DNA from: Rhodospirillales bacterium
GTDB taxonomy: Bacteria; Pseudomonadota; Alphaproteobacteria; Bin95
Direction of reading: 5' to 3'
Assembly (NCBI GenBank): GCA_008081395.1
Contig: VMCJ01000071.1
Coordinates: forward strand, 27,420 to 91,419
DNA: 64,000 bases
The notes under the pieces were generated by a model. The model saw only the letters and a list, made by a program, of their open reading frames with translations, was not told the DNA's origin and made no database searches. Positions 1 through 11,003 of the stretch are shown here, piece by piece. How positions within the stretch are numbered: position 1 is the stretch's first letter; each line of letters opens with the position of its first letter. The position numbers and the translations under genes are program-made.

Positions 1-3
1 GCA

Positions 4-1023
4 ATGCTCTATTCTGCCAGCGGAGGAAGCACGACCCCATGGGCGGGGCGCCATGCCATTCGGTTCGCCGTTGGAATGGGGCTTATGTTGATAATTGCCC
101 TCGTCGGCATGAGGCCTTTCTTTAAGGTCAGTTACTTCGCATATGGTTTTTGTTTTTTGTTGTTAATTGTCGTCGAGTTTGTCGGGTCAGGGTCTGGAGC
201 CACTCGCTGGTTGGATGTTGGGTTTATGCGTCTTCAACCATCGGAACTTATGAAAGTATCCCTTGTTTTAGCTCTAGCTCGCCTACTACATAGCGCTGGG
301 GCGGAATCCACAAACCGTTTTCATATTCTAGGGCCCGCTCTTTTGATGATATTGGCGCCCACTGTCCTAATATTAAAACAACCCGACCTTGGAACAGCAA
401 TGTTAATTGTCGTTGGTGGCGTTGTGTTGCTTTTTATAGGGGGTGTGGCTCTTCGGAAGTTTGGAATAGCTGCAACCATTGCCTGTATAGCTGCGCCAAT
501 CGCATGGTTCATGCTCCATGATTACCAACGGAGCCGTATTCTAACATTTCTTCAACCTGACAGAGACCCTTTGGGGTCTGGCTATCACATTCTACAGTCA
601 TTTATTGCAATGGGGTCTGGGGGAGTCTTCGGCAAGGGTTGGCTCAAAGGAACTCAAGCGCAGTTGTCTTTTTTGCCCGAGAAACACACTGATTTTGTTT
701 TTACAATGTTAGGTGAAGAGCTCGGCATGGCTGGGTGCATATTTGTCTTAATATTGTTCTCAATAATAATTTTTAGGCTTTATCGAATTGGCCTTTTGGC
801 CGAAGCAAAATATGGCCGATTATTAGCAATTGGCATGGCAACTACACTTTTTTTATACGTCTTTATAAACGTGGCTATGGTAATGGGACTTATGCCTGTG
901 GTTGGAGTGCCGCTTCCATTCATCTCATTTGGTGGGACAGCCATGTTAACTTTACAGATAGGACTTGGAGCAGCTTTGGCCGTAGCTGTTGACTTAAAAG
1001 ATCCAATGTTTCGGATGCGTTGA
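4..1023 (+). CDS. SEDS-family peptidoglycan glycosyltransferase (RodA/FtsW-like), N-terminally truncated by the window edge
   Basis: Multi-TM protein with RodA/FtsW-like motifs (LQPSELMKVSLVLALA, GVPLPFISFGGTAML); the ORF runs from the window start. Confidence 0.8.
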   Translation: MLYSASGGSTTPWAGRHAIRFAVGMGLMLIIALVGMRPFFKVSYFAYGFCFLLLIVVEFVGSGSGATRWLDVGFMRLQPSELMKVSLVLALARLLHSAGAESTNRFHILGPALLMILAPTVLILKQPDLGTAMLIVVGGVVLLFIGGVALRKFGIAATIACIAAPIAWFMLHDYQRSRILTFLQPDRDPLGSGYHILQSFIAMGSGGVFGKGWLKGTQAQLSFLPEKHTDFVFTMLGEELGMAGCIFVLILFSIIIFRLYRIGLLAEAKYGRLLAIGMATTLFLYVFINVAMVMGLMPVVGVPLPFISFGGTAMLTLQIGLGAALAVAVDLKDPMFRMR

Positions 1024-1072
1024 AACAGTGGAGTAATAATCTTTAAGGGCAAAGATTGGGAGAGGGAATAAA

Positions 1073-2698
1073 ATGACTGCTGAAATTTTCGACTATATTG
1101 TTGTTGGCGCAGGTTCTGCAGGCTGTACCCTCGCAAATCGACTTTCTGAAAACCCTGCCAATCAAGTGCTGCTGCTAGAAGCAGGTGGAAAAGATAATAA
1201 TATTTGGATTCACGTACCTGTTGGATACGCCAAAACACTAGATAAGCCCGGCTTGAATTGGCGATTCGACTCTGAGCCCGAGGAACGTACATATAATCGA
1301 CAGATACCTATACCGCGTGGGAAGGTGTTGGGGGGCTCTTCGTCAATAAATGGGCTTCTTTACGTTCGGGGGCAGCATCAAGACTATGATCATTGGGCTC
1401 AGATGGGCTGCACTGGCTGGTCTTTTGAGCAATGCCTACCCTTTTTTAAGAAGTCAGAGAATTTTGAGCGTGGTGGGGACGAAATGCGGGGGTCGGGGGG
1501 ACCCTTAAATGTAATGGACATGCCAAGCACTCATGAGTTGCTAGATGCCTTCATTGATGCTGGTGAACAGGCAGGTTATCCGCGTAATCCTGATTATAAT
1601 GGGAAAGATCAAGAAGGTTTCGGTTATTACCAGGTAACCCAAAAAGCTGGCAGAAGGTGGTCCACCGCAAAGGCTTACCTTGAGCCAGCCTTAAAACGCC
1701 CCAACCTTCGTTTAGAAACACAAGCGCACACGACACGCCTAATCTTTGAGGGGAAGCGCTGCGTTGGCGTAGAAGTAATACAACAAGGGAAAACCCATCA
1801 ATTCCGAGCCGGCCGAGAGGTAGTGTTAGCAGCAGGTGCAATTCAGTCGCCACAAATCTTAGAACTATCTGGCGTGGGACAAGCTGGTCTTCTGAGAGAG
1901 CTTGGTATCGATATGGTGCACGAACTCCAAGGCGTTGGAGAAAATCATCACGACCACTACTTATCTCGCCCAATGTGGCGTCTGACAAAGAATGTTTCGA
2001 TTAATAACGATGCCAGAGGAGTTCGACTGGTAAATGAAGTATTAAAGTATGTGTTTGGACGGAAAGGTTTACTCACTTATCCCGCTGGCATCGTGCACGG
2101 TTTTGTAAAGACACGTCCAGAATTAGAGACTCCAGATGTGCAATACCACATCGCCCATGCCAGCATAACGGACATTAAGACCAGAGCATTAGAAAAAGAG
2201 CCGGGGATGACCTGCGCACCATGCCAATTGAGGCCACAATCTCGAGGTTTCGTGCACATAAAATCTGCTGACCCGTTCACCCAACCCAGGATCGTGTGTA
2301 ATTTCTTAAAGGAATATGAAGATCAGCAGGCGATGATTGGCGGGCTAAAGATTGCAAGACAGTTAGTGGAGCAGCCTGCACTAAAGCCCTACGTGAAATT
2401 TGAAATTACACCTGGGAAAGACTGCCAAACAGATGATGAACTCCTAGACTTTGCGCTGCGTACAGGTGCAACAGTCTACCACCCTGTTGGTGCCTGCAAA
2501 ATGGGACCAGAAGACGACCCGATGTCAGTGGTTGATCCCCGCCTTAAAGTTAAGGGAATTTCTGGCCTTCGTGTGGCAGATGGTTCAGTTATGCCACAAC
2601 TTGTATCAGGGAACACAAATGCACCCATTATTATGATTGCAGAGAAAGCAGCTTCGATGATGCTTGAAGACGCGAAAGCAGATTCCTTAGTACAGTAG
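1073..2698 (+). CDS. GMC-family FAD-dependent oxidoreductase (choline/alcohol dehydrogenase-like)
   Basis: N-terminal Rossmann FAD motif [20 protein letters not shown]; 541 aa; GMC C-terminal region (HPVGACKMG); RBS GGGAGAGGGAA upstream. Confidence 0.85.
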   Translation: MTAEIFDYIVVGAGSAGCTLANRLSENPANQVLLLEAGGKDNNIWIHVPVGYAKTLDKPGLNWRFDSEPEERTYNRQIPIPRGKVLGGSSSINGLLYVRGQHQDYDHWAQMGCTGWSFEQCLPFFKKSENFERGGDEMRGSGGPLNVMDMPSTHELLDAFIDAGEQAGYPRNPDYNGKDQEGFGYYQVTQKAGRRWSTAKAYLEPALKRPNLRLETQAHTTRLIFEGKRCVGVEVIQQGKTHQFRAGREVVLAAGAIQSPQILELSGVGQAGLLRELGIDMVHELQGVGENHHDHYLSRPMWRLTKNVSINNDARGVRLVNEVLKYVFGRKGLLTYPAGIVHGFVKTRPELETPDVQYHIAHASITDIKTRALEKEPGMTCAPCQLRPQSRGFVHIKSADPFTQPRIVCNFLKEYEDQQAMIGGLKIARQLVEQPALKPYVKFEITPGKDCQTDDELLDFALRTGATVYHPVGACKMGPEDDPMSVVDPRLKVKGISGLRVADGSVMPQLVSGNTNAPIIMIAEKAASMMLEDAKADSLVQ

Positions 2699-2747
2699 GC
2701 GGCGATCATGGAGGTGGAGAAACACTAAACTAGACTGGCTAGATTAA

Positions 2748-5180
2748 ATGACTTCAATAGAACGTGACCCAGTCTGCGGTATGACCGTTGACCCGAAAAC
2801 AGCTAAGCATACCCATATCCATTCTGGTGAAGAGTATAATTTTTGCGCCAGTCGTTGCCGTGAAAAGTTCATGGAGGCGCCAGAAGATTTCATTGAAGCG
2901 CAAGATTTAGTCTGTGGTATGACTGTGTCTCGAAAAACCTCAGAACATATGGCAAAGCATGACGGAGCCCGTTTCTATTTCTGCTCCTCGAATTGCCTTG
3001 ATAAATTTGAAACTAATCCAGACAACTACCTAGATGGCAACCAGACCACCGTCACGGCACCACCTGGTACTATCTACACCTGCCCAATGCATCCAGAGGT
3101 TGAGACCATAGGTCCAAGTGACTGCCCTCTCTGCGGGATGGCTTTAGAGCCAATGGGTTTGCCCGACCCAAATGCGGGCCCCAATCCAGAATTCATCGAT
3201 TTCCGTCGGCGCTTCATTTTGGGAGCCGTGCTCACCATTCCTCTTTTTATGATTTCTATGGGGTCTATGATTGGTCTGCCTTTAAACAGCTGGCTTAATG
3301 CAGACATTGTTCCATGGGTTGAGCTTACTCTAGCAACTCCAGTGATCCTATGGTGTGGATGGCCCTTCCTTCTTCGGGGGGGGCGATCATTCATATCTAT
3401 GAACCTCAACATGTTTAGTTTAATCGGCATCGGTGTGGCTGCTGCCTATGCCTTTAGCGTATTTGCAGTAATTGCACCGGGTCTGTTTCCTGCAGGTTTT
3501 AAAAGTCCAACTGGTCATGTTGGGGTTTATTTTGAGTCAGCGGCAGTAATTGTCGAGCTAGTGCTATTGGGCCAATTACTTGAGCTTGGTGCCCGCGATC
3601 GTACTGGATCCGCCATTAGGGCCCTGATGGGCCTGACACCCCAAACAGCCAATTTGATTGATACCGACGGTACCGAAAAAGAAATTCCACTTGATAAGGT
3701 TAAGGTAGGTGACCAACTACGCGTAAAACCTGGCGGAATGGTTCCAGTAGATGGTGTCGTGTTTGATGGTTGGTCAAGCGTTAATGAGAGCATGTTAACA
3801 GGCGAGCCAATCCCTGTTGAAAGAACGTCAGGTGATATTGTCAGGGCAGGAACAATTAATGGTTCTGGAACGTTCCTTATGAACGCTCAACGCGTCGGCT
3901 TAGAAACCGTTCTCTCTCAAATTATTACTTTAACAGTGGCTGCCCAAAGGTCACGTGCCCCAATTCAAAAAGTAGCAGATGCGGTGGCTGGGATATTCGT
4001 ACCAATTGTGATTCTTGTGTCCATTATTTCGTTTTTAGCTTGGGCTAATTGGGGGCCAGAACCGCGTCTTTCATATGCTCTTGTATCTGCGTTAGCTGTT
4101 TTGATAATCGCATGTCCGTGTGCAATTGGATTGGCTACACCCATGTCAATCATGACAGCTACAGGACGAGGAGCACAGAGTGGAGTCCTTGTAAAGGATG
4201 CCGAAGCTTTGGAGCGATTCTCGAATATTGATACCTTGGTTGTGGATAAAACTGGCACTCTAACTGAGGGTAAGCCGGTAGTTACAAACATTTATCCAGC
4301 AAACGGCTTTAACCTGAAAGACATTATTTTCTTTGCCGCAAGTCTAGAGAACCAGTCCGAACACCCTTTGGCGGCCGCGATCACAGCTCGAGCAAAAGAA
4401 CAAAACCTCCAACTCTCCAACCCCCAAGATTTTACGGCCCTGCCTGGAAGAGGGGTTATAGGCCGGGTTGAAGGTAGCCGTGTCGTCCTTGGTACGAAAT
4501 CATTCTTGTCTGCCGAAGGCATCCCATTCTCAGAAAGCCTCGCTAACAATTATCAAAATAGCGTGCACAGTGAGGTAATGGTGGCTGTGGACGGAAAATT
4601 GGCTGGAATCATAGCCATCTCTGACCCGATAAAAGCATCCACACCAAGGGCAATCAGAGAGCTTCAGACCCTTGGCATAAGGGTGGTAATGGCAACAGGG
4701 GATAATATCAACGCTGCAACATCTATTGCGCGCCGTCTTGGTATTGATGAAGTCCATGCTGAACTTCTTCCAGAAGGAAAAATCCAACTAGTAAGTGAGC
4801 TAAAAACCCATGGGCTAAGAGTGGCAATGGCAGGCGATGGAATTAATGATGCGCCAGCTTTAGCTTCAGCGGATGTCGGTATCGCTATGGGTACAGGGGT
4901 AGATGTCGCGATTGAATCTGCAAGTATTACGCTTGCTGAAGGTGACTTAATGGGAGTGGTACGGGCGCGAAATCTAGCTATCGGAACAATGGCAAATATA
5001 CGCCAAAACCTTTTCTTCGCGCTTTTTTACAATGCTGCTGGAGTCCCGATTGCAGCCGGAATTCTATACCCGTTTTTTGGGATTATGCTTTCACCGATGT
5101 TGGCAGCTGCAGCCATGAGCCTATCTTCGGTTTGTGTTATTACAAATGCCCTTAGGCTTCGTAAAATTAGGCTACAATAG
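2748..5180 (+). CDS. copA: Copper-translocating P1B-type ATPase with two N-terminal YHS/TRASH-type metal-binding repeats
   Basis: CPC motif ([13 protein letters not shown]), DKTGTLT phosphorylation site, [10 protein letters not shown] hinge; two CGMTV...C..C..F repeats plus a YTCPMHPE...CPLCGM motif at the N-terminus. Confidence 0.9.
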   Translation: MTSIERDPVCGMTVDPKTAKHTHIHSGEEYNFCASRCREKFMEAPEDFIEAQDLVCGMTVSRKTSEHMAKHDGARFYFCSSNCLDKFETNPDNYLDGNQTTVTAPPGTIYTCPMHPEVETIGPSDCPLCGMALEPMGLPDPNAGPNPEFIDFRRRFILGAVLTIPLFMISMGSMIGLPLNSWLNADIVPWVELTLATPVILWCGWPFLLRGGRSFISMNLNMFSLIGIGVAAAYAFSVFAVIAPGLFPAGFKSPTGHVGVYFESAAVIVELVLLGQLLELGARDRTGSAIRALMGLTPQTANLIDTDGTEKEIPLDKVKVGDQLRVKPGGMVPVDGVVFDGWSSVNESMLTGEPIPVERTSGDIVRAGTINGSGTFLMNAQRVGLETVLSQIITLTVAAQRSRAPIQKVADAVAGIFVPIVILVSIISFLAWANWGPEPRLSYALVSALAVLIIACPCAIGLATPMSIMTATGRGAQSGVLVKDAEALERFSNIDTLVVDKTGTLTEGKPVVTNIYPANGFNLKDIIFFAASLENQSEHPLAAAITARAKEQNLQLSNPQDFTALPGRGVIGRVEGSRVVLGTKSFLSAEGIPFSESLANNYQNSVHSEVMVAVDGKLAGIIAISDPIKASTPRAIRELQTLGIRVVMATGDNINAATSIARRLGIDEVHAELLPEGKIQLVSELKTHGLRVAMAGDGINDAPALASADVGIAMGTGVDVAIESASITLAEGDLMGVVRARNLAIGTMANIRQNLFFALFYNAAGVPIAAGILYPFFGIMLSPMLAAAAMSLSSVCVITNALRLRKIRLQ

Positions 5181-6686
5181 TTTCCCTTGAGTTTCTCGTT
5201 GCGGCGAGCTTTCTGTCGCTTGCTTGCTCTTAACCTGGCCATCAATGGTAGCTCGGCGACGCTGACCTCCAGCAAACTGCAGTTCTACTTTTCGGCCAGG
5301 CGTAGCAGCAGAAGGTGACGTTATAACGTCGCTTCCATCACGAACTAAAACAAATCCTCGTGCAAGGGTATTTTCAGGTGAGTAGCTTTCGAGCAGCCCT
5401 GCCAATTTATCTAATTGAACCTGCCCATCATCTAGTTTCCGGGTTATCGCCCCCACCAACCGTCTTACTGGGTCTACGCGATCAAAATTATGGATCTTTG
5501 TTTTAATCGCTGAAGCCAATGCTTGCTGTAGCGCCTGAGACCTTGCTTCCAGCAATTCTTGTTTGGCATCGAGCTGTCTTTGTGGCTTAGGTAGGCCAGC
5601 AGCCAGAGCTGTGATGTGATCCTGTCGCCTATTTAGCCCTGATAGCAATGTAAATTTAAGTCGCTCTGTCCAATCATCTAACCGCTGAGAAACTGTATCC
5701 AATAATCTTGCTGGATCCGAAAGGCCCCGCGCAAGCCCCAAAATTTTTTCTGACCGATGGCTTAAACCTCGAGCGATACCATCATCGAGACGAATAGAGA
5801 GCCGGCCAGAGTTTGCCATTAGATCCGTTCGAACTGGTACAGCTAATTCTGCTGCTGCAGTTGGAGTTGGCGCTCTTTTATCGGCAGCATAGTCAATCAA
5901 AGTGGTATCTGTTTCGTGTCCAATAGCGGAGATTAGTGGGATAGAAGAACTCGCAGCCGCGCGCACAACGGCCTCCTCATTAAAAGCCCATAGATCTTCC
6001 AGGCTCCCGCCACCCCGAGCCACAATTAATACATCCGGCCTTGGAACTGATTGACCATGCGTGATCGAATTAAACCCTTGAATAGCAGTAACTATCTCCT
6101 CAGCTGCTCCCTCTCCTTGAACACGCACGGGCCACACAATGATACGTCTTGGGAAGCGATCGCGGACCCGATGTAAAATATCACGTATTACAGCTCCTGT
6201 CGGCGAAGTAACAATCCCAATCACATCTGGAAGAAACGGTAAAACCTTCTTTCGATCAGGACTAAAAAGTCCTTCGTCGGCCAATTTTTTGCGTCGGTCT
6301 TCTAAAATCTTCAAAAGAGCGCCCACGCCAGCAGGCTCCAATGCCTCTACCACTATCTGATAGACCGAACGCCCCTCATAAGTGGTGATCCGCCCTGTAG
6401 CTATAACTTCGAGGCCATCCTCTGGTTGGGTTGGAGATTTGCCAGCTTGCCCCCGCCACATGACGGCATCAATTACCGCCTTTTCATCCTTGAGCCGAAA
6501 ATACCAGTGGCCAGAGGTGGCCCGCTTAGCACCAGAAATCTCTCCACGCACCCGAACATGCGCAAAGTCGCCTTCCAGCGTACGCTTGATCGAACGGGAG
6601 AGGTCGCTAACGGAAATAGTAGGATTGTTGCTAGTGACCTGAGTAGGTTCCATCAAGTCATCCAGAGGGTCGCGTTTCGTTTCCAT
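5172..6686 (-). CDS. xseA: Exodeoxyribonuclease VII large subunit
   Basis: OB-fold N-terminus (VRVRGEISG), catalytic core and long C-terminal helical region; convergent 9-bp overlap with the copA end. Confidence 0.85.
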   Translation of the reverse strand: METKRDPLDDLMEPTQVTSNNPTISVSDLSRSIKRTLEGDFAHVRVRGEISGAKRATSGHWYFRLKDEKAVIDAVMWRGQAGKSPTQPEDGLEVIATGRITTYEGRSVYQIVVEALEPAGVGALLKILEDRRKKLADEGLFSPDRKKVLPFLPDVIGIVTSPTGAVIRDILHRVRDRFPRRIIVWPVRVQGEGAAEEIVTAIQGFNSITHGQSVPRPDVLIVARGGGSLEDLWAFNEEAVVRAAASSSIPLISAIGHETDTTLIDYAADKRAPTPTAAAELAVPVRTDLMANSGRLSIRLDDGIARGLSHRSEKILGLARGLSDPARLLDTVSQRLDDWTERLKFTLLSGLNRRQDHITALAAGLPKPQRQLDAKQELLEARSQALQQALASAIKTKIHNFDRVDPVRRLVGAITRKLDDGQVQLDKLAGLLESYSPENTLARGFVLVRDGSDVITSPSAATPGRKVELQFAGGQRRRATIDGQVKSKQATESSPQRETQGKLL

Positions 6687-6733
6687 GCAGCCAATGATAA
6701 GAAGAGATTGTCATAAGTCCAAGGAGCAGAAGC

Positions 6734-7999
6734 TTGCGCGTACTTGTCGTAGGATCCGGAGGTCGTGAACATGCATTGGTTTGGTCCATCGCTGCGTCAC
6801 CACTTGCCACAGAAATTTATTGTGCACCAGGTAATGCTGGCATTGCCGAAGACGCTATATGCGTTCCTATACAAGCAACAGATGTTGATGGGCTAGTAAG
6901 CTTTGCCCAAAAAGAGAGAATAGACCTTGTAGTAATTGGGCCAGAGGCGGCGCTTGCAGCAGGGCTTGCTGACGCACTGGAAGCTGAAGGGCTATTAGCT
7001 TTTGGCCCATCCGCTAAAGCAACAGAAATCGAGAGCTCCAAAGGGTTCATGAAAGATCTTTGCGCTCGAATCGGCGTTCCCACGGCTGCATACAAGCGGT
7101 TTGATGACCGCGAAAAGGCTGCCGCTTATGTACGCGATGAGGGTGCCCCTATAGTAGTAAAAGCTGATGGCCTTGCGGCTGGAAAGGGCGTTGTCGTCGC
7201 TCAAACAGTCGAAGAAGCTCTGAAAGCAATAGATGCCTGCTTTGATGGTTCTTTCGGCGATGCGGGGGCTGAAGTCGTAATTGAAGAATGCTTAGTAGGC
7301 GATGAGGTTAGCTTTTTCGCTCTGGTAGATGGTCAAGACGCACTTCCTTTCTCCTCTGCTCAGGATCATAAGCGCGCCTTTGATGGCGATATTGGACCAA
7401 ACACAGGTGGGATGGGAGCTTATTCTCCTGCCCCGATGATGACTGAGGAGATGACCGAGACCGTCATGTCAGAAATTATCCGTCCTGTAGTGGAAGCTAT
7501 GAAAGATGATGGACGGCCTTTCAAGGGAATTCTCTTTGCGGGCCTTATGATGACTGACAGCGGACCAAAGGTCATAGAATTTAACGCTCGTTTTGGAGAC
7601 CCGGAAACTCAGGCAATACTGCCTCGCCTGCGATCAGATTTCTTACCCGCTCTAGTTGTCGCTGCTGAAGGTGGTCTAAAGCACTTTGATTTACGCTGGA
7701 AAACAGAGAGTTGTTTAACTGTTGTCATGGCCGCCAAGGGATACCCTGGCAGCTACGAAAAAGGATCTATTATTCGTAATATTGAGGCAGCAAACGCAAT
7801 TAAAGGCGTGACAGTCTTCCATGCTGGAACAGTGCAAGCAGACGATAATATTCTGAGCGCGGGCGGCCGAGTGCTGGCGGTTACTGGAGAGGGACAAGAA
7901 CTGAAGGATGCTAGAGACCTGGCTTATTCAGGGATTGAATCCATTGATTGGCCAGAGGGCTTCTGGCGCAAAGACATAGGACACCGAGCTCTAAAGTAG
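6734..7999 (+). CDS. purD: Phosphoribosylamine--glycine ligase
   Basis: MRVLVVGSGGREHAL N-terminus and ATP-grasp core; 421 aa. Confidence 0.9.
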   Translation: MRVLVVGSGGREHALVWSIAASPLATEIYCAPGNAGIAEDAICVPIQATDVDGLVSFAQKERIDLVVIGPEAALAAGLADALEAEGLLAFGPSAKATEIESSKGFMKDLCARIGVPTAAYKRFDDREKAAAYVRDEGAPIVVKADGLAAGKGVVVAQTVEEALKAIDACFDGSFGDAGAEVVIEECLVGDEVSFFALVDGQDALPFSSAQDHKRAFDGDIGPNTGGMGAYSPAPMMTEEMTETVMSEIIRPVVEAMKDDGRPFKGILFAGLMMTDSGPKVIEFNARFGDPETQAILPRLRSDFLPALVVAAEGGLKHFDLRWKTESCLTVVMAAKGYPGSYEKGSIIRNIEAANAIKGVTVFHAGTVQADDNILSAGGRVLAVTGEGQELKDARDLAYSGIESIDWPEGFWRKDIGHRALK

Positions 8000-8026
8000 T
8001 AAGCCCCAGATGTTCTCAGTAGAATA

Positions 8027-9352
8027 TTATGCTCTGATGATTTTCGCTGCACGACCATCCAAGTTTCGATAAACCCCTCGCGAATCAACTATAAGTGGAA
8101 TTTCAGCCGCTAAGAGCTCATAATCTATATCGTCATGATCTGTAATAATTACAGCGGCTTCAAATTTCCCCAGGCCCTCCATTGGAACAGAGGCCAATCC
8201 AGCTAACTCAGGGTACTGGCGGGTTAGACCAACTGAAGGTGTCCACGGATCATGATATTCAGCTTTCGCACCAGCTCGCCGCAGAAGCGACATTACTTCC
8301 AGCCCTGGGCTCTCTCGAAGATCGTTAACGTTTTTCTTATAGGCGATCCCAATCATAAGAACTGATGCGCCTTCTAGTTCTATTCCTGCGTGGAGTTTTA
8401 GGGCACGTTCAAGAGTCTCAACCACAATCTCTGGTTGTCTTGAATTGATTTCGCCAGCTAATTCTACAAAGCGGGCTTCGGTATCAAGCTGACGAGCGCG
8501 CCAGGCTAGATAAAACGGGTCTATTGGTATGCAGTGGCCGCCTAATCCAGGCCCAGGATAGAATGGCATATAACCAAAAGGTTTGGTTGCTGCAGCGTCT
8601 ACGACCTCAAATATATCGACTCCCATCTTACCATATATATGCTTCAACTCGTTCACCAACGCGATATTCACGGCGCGAAATACGTTTTCTGTAATTTTGA
8701 CTGCTTCAGCGGTTTCTAGACTAGAAACTTCTCTAATGCTGGGGGAAATAAGTCGGTAAACTGCATTTGCTGCCTCTTGGGATGCAGCATCAAATCCAGC
8801 CAGAACTTTAGGTATATCAGCGAGTGCAAAATTACTATTACCGGGGTCCTCTCGCTCTGGGGCATACGAAACTAAAATATCTCTGCCGGGCTCATGGCCA
8901 GCGGCTTCTAAAATAGGTAACACCGTTTCGCGCGTGGCGCCTGGATAGACCGTTGATTCAAGACTCAACAAAGACCCCTTTTTTAGATGTGGGGCTATTG
9001 CTCTTACAGTTGTCTCTACGAACTGCATGTCTGGGTTCCGCCCTGCTCCAAGGGGAGTTGGAACGGCAATCAATGTGGCGTCTGCAGATGCTACAGCAGC
9101 ATGGTCAGTTGTTGCCACTAACCGATTAGAAGCAATAGCTGCCGCAACCCGCTTGGAGGGAGCAGTGGTAAGATAACTTTCTCCCTGGCTTAAAATTCTA
9201 ATTTTTGATGGATCAACATCAACACCAATAACTTTTACCCCTGCATCAGCTAGTGCCAGTGCAAGAGGAAGCCCAACATAACCCAGCCCAATAACCGCTG
9301 CGGTTAAGGACCCATTTTCAGCCTTTTGAACGATACGCTTTACAGATTGCAT
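8027..9352 (-). CDS. Nucleotide-sugar dehydrogenase (UDP-glucose/GDP-mannose dehydrogenase family)
   Basis: N-terminal NAD-binding AVIGLGYVGLPLALALA; catalytic Cys region GPGLGGHCIPIDP. Confidence 0.8.
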   Translation of the reverse strand: MQSVKRIVQKAENGSLTAAVIGLGYVGLPLALALADAGVKVIGVDVDPSKIRILSQGESYLTTAPSKRVAAAIASNRLVATTDHAAVASADATLIAVPTPLGAGRNPDMQFVETTVRAIAPHLKKGSLLSLESTVYPGATRETVLPILEAAGHEPGRDILVSYAPEREDPGNSNFALADIPKVLAGFDAASQEAANAVYRLISPSIREVSSLETAEAVKITENVFRAVNIALVNELKHIYGKMGVDIFEVVDAAATKPFGYMPFYPGPGLGGHCIPIDPFYLAWRARQLDTEARFVELAGEINSRQPEIVVETLERALKLHAGIELEGASVLMIGIAYKKNVNDLRESPGLEVMSLLRRAGAKAEYHDPWTPSVGLTRQYPELAGLASVPMEGLGKFEAAVIITDHDDIDYELLAAEIPLIVDSRGVYRNLDGRAAKIIRA

Positions 9353-9451
9353 AGCCTATAATGCTCCCGCCGCGGTTGACGTCAGCGCTCCATTAACCAT
9401 TCTCTACTCCCTTGGTGTAATTGCGGAAACCCCAAAGAGAGGAGTGACCTC

Positions 9452-9865
9452 ATGGCCTACTGGTTGTTCAAGAGTGAACCTGGCACTTGGTCCTGGGACG
9501 ACCAAGTTAAAACTGAAATCGAAGGCTGGGATGGCGTGCGCAACCACCAAGCCTGTAACAATATGCGAGCGATGAAAAAAGGGGACCTTGGCTTCTTTTA
9601 TCATTCTGTAAATGAACGCCAAATTGTAGGCATTGTAGAGGTTGTTAAGGAATTTCATTCTGACCCAACAGATGAAAGCGGTAAATTTGGAATGGTGGGC
9701 GTCAAAGCAGTGAAGCCTGTAAAGGTTCCAGTGACTTTACAACAGATCAAACAAGACGCACGTTTCGGGGAATTTGCTCTAATACGACAATCTCGTCTGT
9801 CTGTGGTGCCTGTATCGCCTGAACATTGGGCCTGGCTTTGCGAAATGGCTGGGATAAAAGCATGA
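9452..9865 (+). CDS. EVE (PUA-like) domain protein
   Basis: MAYWLFKSEPGTWSWDDQVK...GDLGFFYHS is the EVE-domain signature; 137 aa. Confidence 0.7.
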   Translation: MAYWLFKSEPGTWSWDDQVKTEIEGWDGVRNHQACNNMRAMKKGDLGFFYHSVNERQIVGIVEVVKEFHSDPTDESGKFGMVGVKAVKPVKVPVTLQQIKQDARFGEFALIRQSRLSVVPVSPEHWAWLCEMAGIKA

Positions 9866-10203
9866 CAACAACCGCCTTGATAGAACTTGCCAACGTTCCT
9901 GAAAACGATGCCAGAGGTGTGACAATCAAAGATGGTGCCAGGGTACGTAAATTTATCGTCCTACGTTGGCAAAATGAGACAATTGTATACCGTAATCGAT
10001 GCCCCCATGCAGGCACTCCACTAGACTGGGTTCCAGATCGCTTTTTTGATCGCGGAAAACAAAATCTTTTTTGCACAAGCCATGGTGCTAGCTTCGAGCC
10101 AGATACCGGCCTGTGTATCGATGGGCCATGTTTGGGTGATTCTCTGGAAAAATGCGCCTTTGAAGTGCGTGACGGCATAGTCACCCTGACGGAGGCGCTT
10201 TGA
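9862..10203 (+). CDS. Rieske [2Fe-2S] domain protein
   Basis: CPHAG and CTSHGA Rieske motifs; start moved from the track's 9826 to the ATG at 9862, which overlaps the EVE stop as ATGA. Confidence 0.7.
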   Translation: MTTTALIELANVPENDARGVTIKDGARVRKFIVLRWQNETIVYRNRCPHAGTPLDWVPDRFFDRGKQNLFCTSHGASFEPDTGLCIDGPCLGDSLEKCAFEVRDGIVTLTEAL

Positions 10204-10215
10204 GCAGTATAAAAA

Positions 10216-10242
10216 GGGACCGCGCAAATATAGCACGGTCCC
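10216..10242 (-). terminator. Intrinsic terminator hairpin downstream of hsp20
   Basis: GGGACCG-13 nt-CGGTCCC stem; on the minus strand it is followed by a TTTTT run (plus-strand AAAAA at 10211-10215). Confidence 0.5.
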
Positions 10243-10271
10243 ACATGCACTCTGGCATTCTGTTCCAAAAG

Positions 10272-10730
10272 TTAATTAACGGTTTCCGCTTCAATCGTTT
10301 TTGGAGGACTTGAAGTAGAAATATTAATCTGGCGGGCCTTCTTAGCCTCTGGCACACGCCGCTCCAGGTCAACGTGTAGAAGACCTCTTTCGAGCCGGGC
10401 ACCAATCACTTCAACATGATCGGCTAATCTCCACGCGCGCCGAAAAGATCGGGATGCAATACCTCTGTGTAGAAAAACCCGCTTTTCGTCTTGAGTCTGT
10501 CCAATGCCCCCAGAAATGGCGAGCTGATCTTCTTTTACTTCAATCGATAAATCGGATTCCGCAAATCCTGCTACGGCCAGAGTTATCTGGTAGCCGTCAT
10601 CACGAGTTTTCTCAATATTGTAAGGTGGGTAACTACTATCGTCTGCGCGATCCATGCTTTCAAACATGTTGAAAAGCCGGTCAAATCCAACGGCACTGCG
10701 ATAAAGTGGTGCAAAATCAATAGAACGCAT
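10272..10730 (-). CDS. Small heat-shock protein, Hsp20/alpha-crystallin family
   Basis: IbpA-like N-terminus MRSIDFAPLYRSAVGFDRLFNMFE and alpha-crystallin domain; AAGGAGG RBS. Confidence 0.85.
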   Translation of the reverse strand: MRSIDFAPLYRSAVGFDRLFNMFESMDRADDSSYPPYNIEKTRDDGYQITLAVAGFAESDLSIEVKEDQLAISGGIGQTQDEKRVFLHRGIASRSFRRAWRLADHVEVIGARLERGLLHVDLERRVPEAKKARQINISTSSPPKTIEAETVN

Positions 10731-10835
10731 AACACATCCTCCTTAAAAGCGATGTTTAAAATTGTACAAATGCCCATTTGGGCCAGTTGATGCCGCAAAG
10801 GCTCCCCTTTTGGGCAAACCCTGCTAGCGATTGGC

Positions 10836-10863
10836 ATATAGTGATCGATTAGCGCCGTTCAAG
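10836..10863 (-). promoter_or_regulatory. Candidate sigma32-type heat-shock promoter for hsp20 (CTTGAA-N14-CACTATAT on the minus strand)
   Basis: Minus-strand reading gives CTTGAAcggcgctaatcgatCACTATAT about 100 nt upstream of the hsp20 start; resembles alphaproteobacterial RpoH promoters. Confidence 0.25.
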
Positions 10864-11003
10864 TAGATTAATGGCATTGACCAATTATAAACTACGATAC
10901 ATTGTAGATATGAGCCGACTGGGGCGCCTCGAGACCTAATTCTTGTGGCTGAGAAGAACCCGTCGAACCTGCTCTGGGTCATGCCAGCGAAGGGAGAACG
11001 GCC

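Noticed and set aside
10731-10835. ROSE-type RNA thermometer in the hsp20 leader
   Set aside because: I could not find the characteristic anti-SD pairing (no upstream CCUCCUU-like segment opposite the AAGGAGG SD). It is left only as a possibility within the leader finding.
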